Below, piece after piece: positions 61,201 through 64,000 of a stretch of DNA of 64,000 nt. Source of the DNA: a virus. The stretch spans positions 32,001-96,000 of the IMG/VR virus record IMGVR_UViG_3300024255_000006; one strand, written 5' to 3'. Below the pieces are notes generated by a model that made no database searches, had not been told where the DNA came from, and saw nothing but the letters and a program-made list of their open reading frames with translations. The position numbers were made by a program, and so were the translations under genes. Position 1 is the first letter of the stretch. Each line of letters opens with the position of its first letter.

Positions 61201-64000
61201 ACTGCTACGACAACGGAAGACAACGGTCAACTTACAGATCCAGTTACAGGATATGATGATCGTGGATTCGTTATCTACGATTCTATCGTTAGATCTGCTA
61301 GTGGAACTATTACTATTAGTGGTGCGGTTACTCCAGACTTTATTGCAGAAAATGCTCACAATGGTTCTGGAACAATCACCCTGTCGAGCAATGCAGCAGT
61401 TCAGTTTATTCCAAACTGGGTTGGTACTGGTCTGTTCGGATTCAGTGGTGGAGATGGATACAACTTCAGTCTTCTACAGATTACGACTGGTGGTTTGTTT
61501 ACCAACGGTATTGTTGGCGAAGCAGTTACCAAACATTATAACATCTCTTCTACTGCTACGTTTACAACAGCAGATTATGGTGCTCTGTCTGGTACTCCAA
61601 CTACCACAACAGACTACGGAACTGTTACGACAGCATACTCAGATATTGAAGACTTCGGTCTCATCACCGTTACTCAATCTCTCGATCCATACGGTCTATT
61701 CCAGATCAGTGGTTCTGCAGGCACGTTCTTCCAGCCATTCCGAGGATCCGAGTCTACAGTTCTATTCCAGTTCAGTGGAACTCGTGCATTCGAGCAATTC
61801 ATTCCCAACTGGAATGGATCTGGTTTTATCACACTATCTGGTACTGCTGGTCAGGTTGCATACCGCAACTTCCCATATGCAGGAACAGGTGCTCTGTTCG
61901 GAAATGGTATTGTTGGCGAAGCAGTCGTCAAGGACTACTCTGCAACTTCTATCGTTCCATTCAACACAGAAGACTTTGGTCAGATTTCTTCTGTCCCAAC
62001 TACAACATCCGACTACGGTCAAATCACGGATGGATCTACTCAAGATGTAGATTACAGATATATTTGGGAGTATCCATCTTACGGTATTCCATTCGGAACA
62101 ATCACGATTAGTGGTAACAACAGTGCTACCACCAACTTTATTCGTGCTCCATATGCTGCATTTGGTAACTTCACCATTATCAGTAATAATCTTGTACCGA
62201 TGCAAGAAGCATTTGCTGCCGAAGCAGATGTGTCTGGAGTTATCTACCTTGGATTTGCTTCTGCAGGTGCAGATCGTACTCGTGCATACGATGGTTCTGG
62301 AACTCTGTTTGCTACAAGTGGAGCTGCAGAAAGCAAGACCACAAACAAACCAGAAAGCACTGTACTATTTGCATCTAGTGGATCTGCAGAGTCTCCAAGA
62401 ACAAGAGACTTTATTGGATCTGGATCAATATTCACTTTCGGTGGTTCTGCAGAAGCAGTAGCAGTTGCACAAGAAACAACAGGACTATTCACACTTTCTG
62501 GTACAGCAGATACAGACCGATCCAGAGACTATGTTGGATCTGGATCACTGTTCGCAATTGATGGAGCAGCAGAAGCAGTTGCAGTTGCACCAGAAACAAC
62601 AGGACTATTCACTATTGGTGGAAGTGGAGATCCACCAATCATCACCCTCAAGTTCTTCGGTGGTGGAACAATTACTCTCAGTGGAACAGCAGAGTCTCCA
62701 AGAGCAAGAGACTATGTTGGTTCTGGTTCCCTATTCGCAATCGGTGGTGCAGCAGAAAGCAAGACGAGCGACGAAGAATTTACTGGTCTCTATACCTTCT
62801 CTGGTACTGCAGAACCAATCATCAGAACTCAGGCATTCCAAGGTTCTGGTCAAACCACCATTTCTGGTACAGCAATCGAGAGACAACTCGATCACTACCA
62901 TGGATCTGGAGTATTCCAAGTTACTGGTATTGCATCTGCTCAAGAATCTTATGTACCAGCAGCAGAGATTGGATCTGGTTCACTATTCAGTGCAAGTGGA
63001 GCTGCAGAAAGCAAGACCAGCAACCCACCAGAGAATACAATTCTCTATACATTCGCTGGTACTGCAGAACCAATCATCAGAACTCAGGCATTCCAAGGTT
63101 CTGGAACTATCAGTATTTCTGGTCAACTTGGTCTCAAGGTTATTCTCAACTACTTTGGTTCTGGTGGAATTATCCTCAGTGGAACTGTCGGAGAATCCTT
63201 TACACCAGCTACGGAAGTTGGATCTGGTTCGATTACTCTATCTGGAACCGTTGGAGAATCCTTTACACCAGCTACAGAAGTTGGATCTGGTTCTATTACA
63301 CTCTCTGGTGCAGCGGTCGAGAGACAACTCGATCATTACACTGGGTCTGGTACGGCAACGATTTCTGGTACTGCTGGAATCAAACTCATTATCGACTTCA
63401 TTGGTTCTGGATCTCTATTCTCTGCAGGTGGAGCTGCAGAAAGCAAGACCACAAACAAACCAGAGTCTACAGTTCTATTCGCAGTTTCTGGCGCAGCAGA
63501 CGAGTCATTCGGTAAGGGTAACTACGACGCTTCTGGAATTACATCAGTTTCTGGCGCAGGAATTGAGAAGCAAACTGACGATTATGTTGGAAATGGTTCA
63601 GCAACTCTATCGGGTACGGCAGATACAGATAGAACAAGAGCATTTGCTGGATCAGGATCTCTATTCAGTACTGGTGGAGCGGCAGAAGTTGCTGTTGTCG
63701 ATTACGAAAGTGTTGGTCTCTTCTCGATCATTGGATCTGCAAACGAAGCGATTACTCCATTCATTCCGCCTGGTTCTGGATCTGCATTCTTCTCTGGTAC
63801 TGGAGTCGAAAGACAAGCAGACGATTACGTTGGAACTGGATCAGCAACTCTATCTGGTCAGGCTACAGACATCAAACTGTCTTATGGTCACCAGGGAACT
63901 GGTGGAATCACACTTTCTGGATCTGCAGTCGAAAGACAAGCAGACGATTACGTTGGTACAGGATCTCTATTCTCTACAGGTGGAGCTGCAGAAAGCAAGA
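55273..64000 (+). CDS. Giant G/S/T-rich repeat protein (>2900 aa, 3'-truncated), putative long fibre/adhesin; absent from ORF track
   Basis: ATG 55273 (MSVIYIYNSSTVNLFVTEDLGSIT...). Frame spot-checked open at 55921, 57001, 57901-58450, 58981, 60001, 61981 and 63961; recurring 'EDYGSI', 'GSGSLF..GGAAE' and 'PNW.G.G' motifs. Confidence 0.88.
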   Translation, partial: MSVIYIYNSSTVNLFVTEDLGSITSTPTTEDYGSISAAHTQEENYYEVQYVGDVTPFGTATIGGSANAVKQNVYQFASIGRFRFIFQEASSFLIHAWIGSGSLFEIGGGLERIVAPYLGADPLGGITLFNTSGSAEESFSTIYNIEDTTTLSTEDYGSVSVGGSSVDYGQVNTYTTAQLEYGTVSDVFAVPYEGTISITGSGEESFTESGYVGTGSYGGFSGSAFNSIPRRYEGSGSLFSVGGGEEQNAYRWVSLTPVIKLTGGTSSTNSFRPQGPIYIEGGADSCAAFRNVSTGSLFGFSGGDESVTRDYDEDNVLVFSTQDYGSVSASATTTADYGSVTSIATEYSDFGSVIYGQTAYSTTGGFTLSGSADVQFITKREFTGSGSLFAIGGEANSFIPNWVATGLFGITGSSTSRVFREYESLGALITSGGEANSLTVVYNDNINIQFVTEDRGLITSAVTTSEDLGVVTQDSTSVDNGQVVFLGAPFGGMTLSGTGDGAPLRTFVYAGTASITTSGAATKFAFVPGPWRGDGLFAITGGDQYSNPRAFQGFGSLFLGEHSNEKATKDYSDSIIDVFSTEDRGLVSVSATSTEDQGLVTNNPALSDLGSISRSQTDVAATANIVVSGSAVTANPRKISYVAVGGGILFSVSGSNQVFVPEFTGSGSISISANSVPNFSLGFIGNYTFNVVGGNISEEITKDYSNDQISWDFYQETEFGTLTTNPQAPRDSIYPVGESAVSLPNSTQDFGLVLDTNLARYYNFGRVSITADSQSAAGTFTFTGTAVPEYKPEFAQTGTGLFRITGVAPNSFFPTWNAFGTLNVTGQPIYNFSLSNPGTGSLFANGISGEAITSSYNLSSIDSFTIGDFGQITTTAVNSTVSSIVTPNNTLFFNQNSKTNVVFSNGGTGIGSFGGFNIGDHLRFGQSTNETDVGTSRFILTNTFNDTSNWESLDFRVIRGNNANGGERPDSGEDLVLYFRSPDTAGNTFFRVGTILDNNSSNGQNSPIWKRLNLPSLARAQGVQFAIRSTGTYYASPEGFDHYGLQQVNVNIGVSGFTDYEYVNELATEAEDWGSIYYGNESNVPFGLFRITGAAETAGLSRPIIVGSGGVTLSGDAVKQFAPNWNTTGLFAISGSAETPYSLREISTGTLFTIGDTSHRVVFDYNIDSDISFTTEDNGSVAVNATSTEDNGSLTAPITGGEVDNGYVVFNASNSDSFGGITISGSVDDEFKPEFAQTSTGLFAITGIGIDSFFPNWNGSGVINTSGGDGYNFSLLHPGSGTLFSNGIAGEAITNHYNISSADIYSTVDYGNLTTVATSTDDYQSITGPGTSVNLDFGNVITQGQTNEPFGLFRITGSAQTAKILRGVESGSGSLFAIGGAVETFHLEYTTTGLFRFSGSAVPKAILRNISTGTLFTIGGAAEAVVFDYNQSSINSFISTDNGLVSATATSTEDHGSLVGPITGGEVDNGYVVFNALTGIPFGSINIGSDAEYEFKPEFAQIGTGLFAITGQSINSFLPNWNGSGVINTSGGDDYNFSLLQITTGGLFTNGIVGEAVTKHYNISSTDVYSAEDYGSIATTATTTEDYESVTDIGTSVNLDFGNVITQGQTNEPFGLFQISGAAVTAGLRKPSFNGSGVAFVFRSATESFSLEYTTTGLFGFSGSAVPKAILRNISTGTLFTVGGAAEAIVYDYTQSSIAVFTTTDNGSVVSNATSTQDHGSLVGPITGGEVDNGFIVFNAATGIPFGGITIGSAADTVYAPEFGQVGDGLFAITGFAEDQFIPNWVGSGVLQTSGGDGYNFSLLQITTGGLFAFGGSAEAAVKHYNISSRDIYSTVDHGALTTTPTSTDDYQSVTDSNTSSNLDFGNLITQGQTNEPFGLFQISGAADTAKILNISFVGSGSIFTASGAADSLTSNPPENTVLFTFTGSTVPNFSFSQPANAFITLDVESEERRVYDYNEDTVVTFGTEDLGLISNTATTTEDNGQLTDPVTGYDDRGFVIYDSIVRSASGTITISGAVTPDFIAENAHNGSGTITLSSNAAVQFIPNWVGTGLFGFSGGDGYNFSLLQITTGGLFTNGIVGEAVTKHYNISSTATFTTADYGALSGTPTTTTDYGTVTTAYSDIEDFGLITVTQSLDPYGLFQISGSAGTFFQPFRGSESTVLFQFSGTRAFEQFIPNWNGSGFITLSGTAGQVAYRNFPYAGTGALFGNGIVGEAVVKDYSATSIVPFNTEDFGQISSVPTTTSDYGQITDGSTQDVDYRYIWEYPSYGIPFGTITISGNNSATTNFIRAPYAAFGNFTIISNNLVPMQEAFAAEADVSGVIYLGFASAGADRTRAYDGSGTLFATSGAAESKTTNKPESTVLFASSGSAESPRTRDFIGSGSIFTFGGSAEAVAVAQETTGLFTLSGTADTDRSRDYVGSGSLFAIDGAAEAVAVAPETTGLFTIGGSGDPPIITLKFFGGGTITLSGTAESPRARDYVGSGSLFAIGGAAESKTSDEEFTGLYTFSGTAEPIIRTQAFQGSGQTTISGTAIERQLDHYHGSGVFQVTGIASAQESYVPAAEIGSGSLFSASGAAESKTSNPPENTILYTFAGTAEPIIRTQAFQGSGTISISGQLGLKVILNYFGSGGIILSGTVGESFTPATEVGSGSITLSGTVGESFTPATEVGSGSITLSGAAVERQLDHYTGSGTATISGTAGIKLIIDFIGSGSLFSAGGAAESKTTNKPESTVLFAVSGAADESFGKGNYDASGITSVSGAGIEKQTDDYVGNGSATLSGTADTDRTRAFAGSGSLFSTGGAAEVAVVDYESVGLFSIIGSANEAITPFIPPGSGSAFFSGTGVERQADDYVGTGSATLSGQATDIKLSYGHQGTGGITLSGSAVERQADDYVGTGSLFSTGGAAESK
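58525..61686 (+). repeat. Four tandem intragenic modules of 792 nt (264 aa)
   Basis: Anchors 'ccatt(t/c)gg' at 58525/59317/60109/60901 and Trp codons of PNW at 59041/59833/60625/61417 are each 792 nt apart. Confidence 0.9.

Noticed and set aside
55922-62943. Many track ORFs (e.g. 56759..57529, 58463..59251, 60860..62050 and minus-strand ORFs)
   Set aside because: Out-of-frame shadows of the single giant frame starting at 55273; their L/Q-rich repeats simply mirror its codon repeats.
58525-64000. Possible CRISPR array or diversity-generating retroelement
   Set aside because: Repeats are in-frame protein modules without unique spacers; no cas or reverse transcriptase gene in the window, and differences are not adenine-specific.

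Overview
This window is from a T4-like marine cyanomyovirus (Kyanoviridae-type), probably infecting Synechococcus, inferred from gene content and the visibly GC-richer early genes. Almost everything is on the + strand. Layout: (1) 1-10241, end of a very large tail protein, three tail-collar/fibre paralogues and a tail chaperone; (2) 8.6-24 kb, ten 2OG-Fe(II) oxygenase genes (one inverted) mixed with an SF2 helicase and many small hypothetical genes; (3) 24-29 kb, short early genes, many behind a repeated promoter cassette and several apparently leaderless, flanked by two structured non-coding regions; (4) 29-55 kb, baseplate module (PAAR gp5.4, gp25, gp6, giant gp7, frameshifted gp8, 2716-aa DUF4815/VrlC-like protein); (5) 55273 to window end, a >2900-aa repeat protein missed by the ORF track. 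Best leads: two phycobiliprotein-like segments retaining the chromophore Cys-x-Arg-Asp motif inside baseplate gp7, an unannotated EF-hand microprotein in the PAAR-gp25 operon, overprinted gene pairs, and 792-nt tandem modules with signs of gene conversion. No tRNA, rRNA, CRISPR array, integrase or reverse transcriptase was seen. All family calls come from motif recognition by eye, not database searches.
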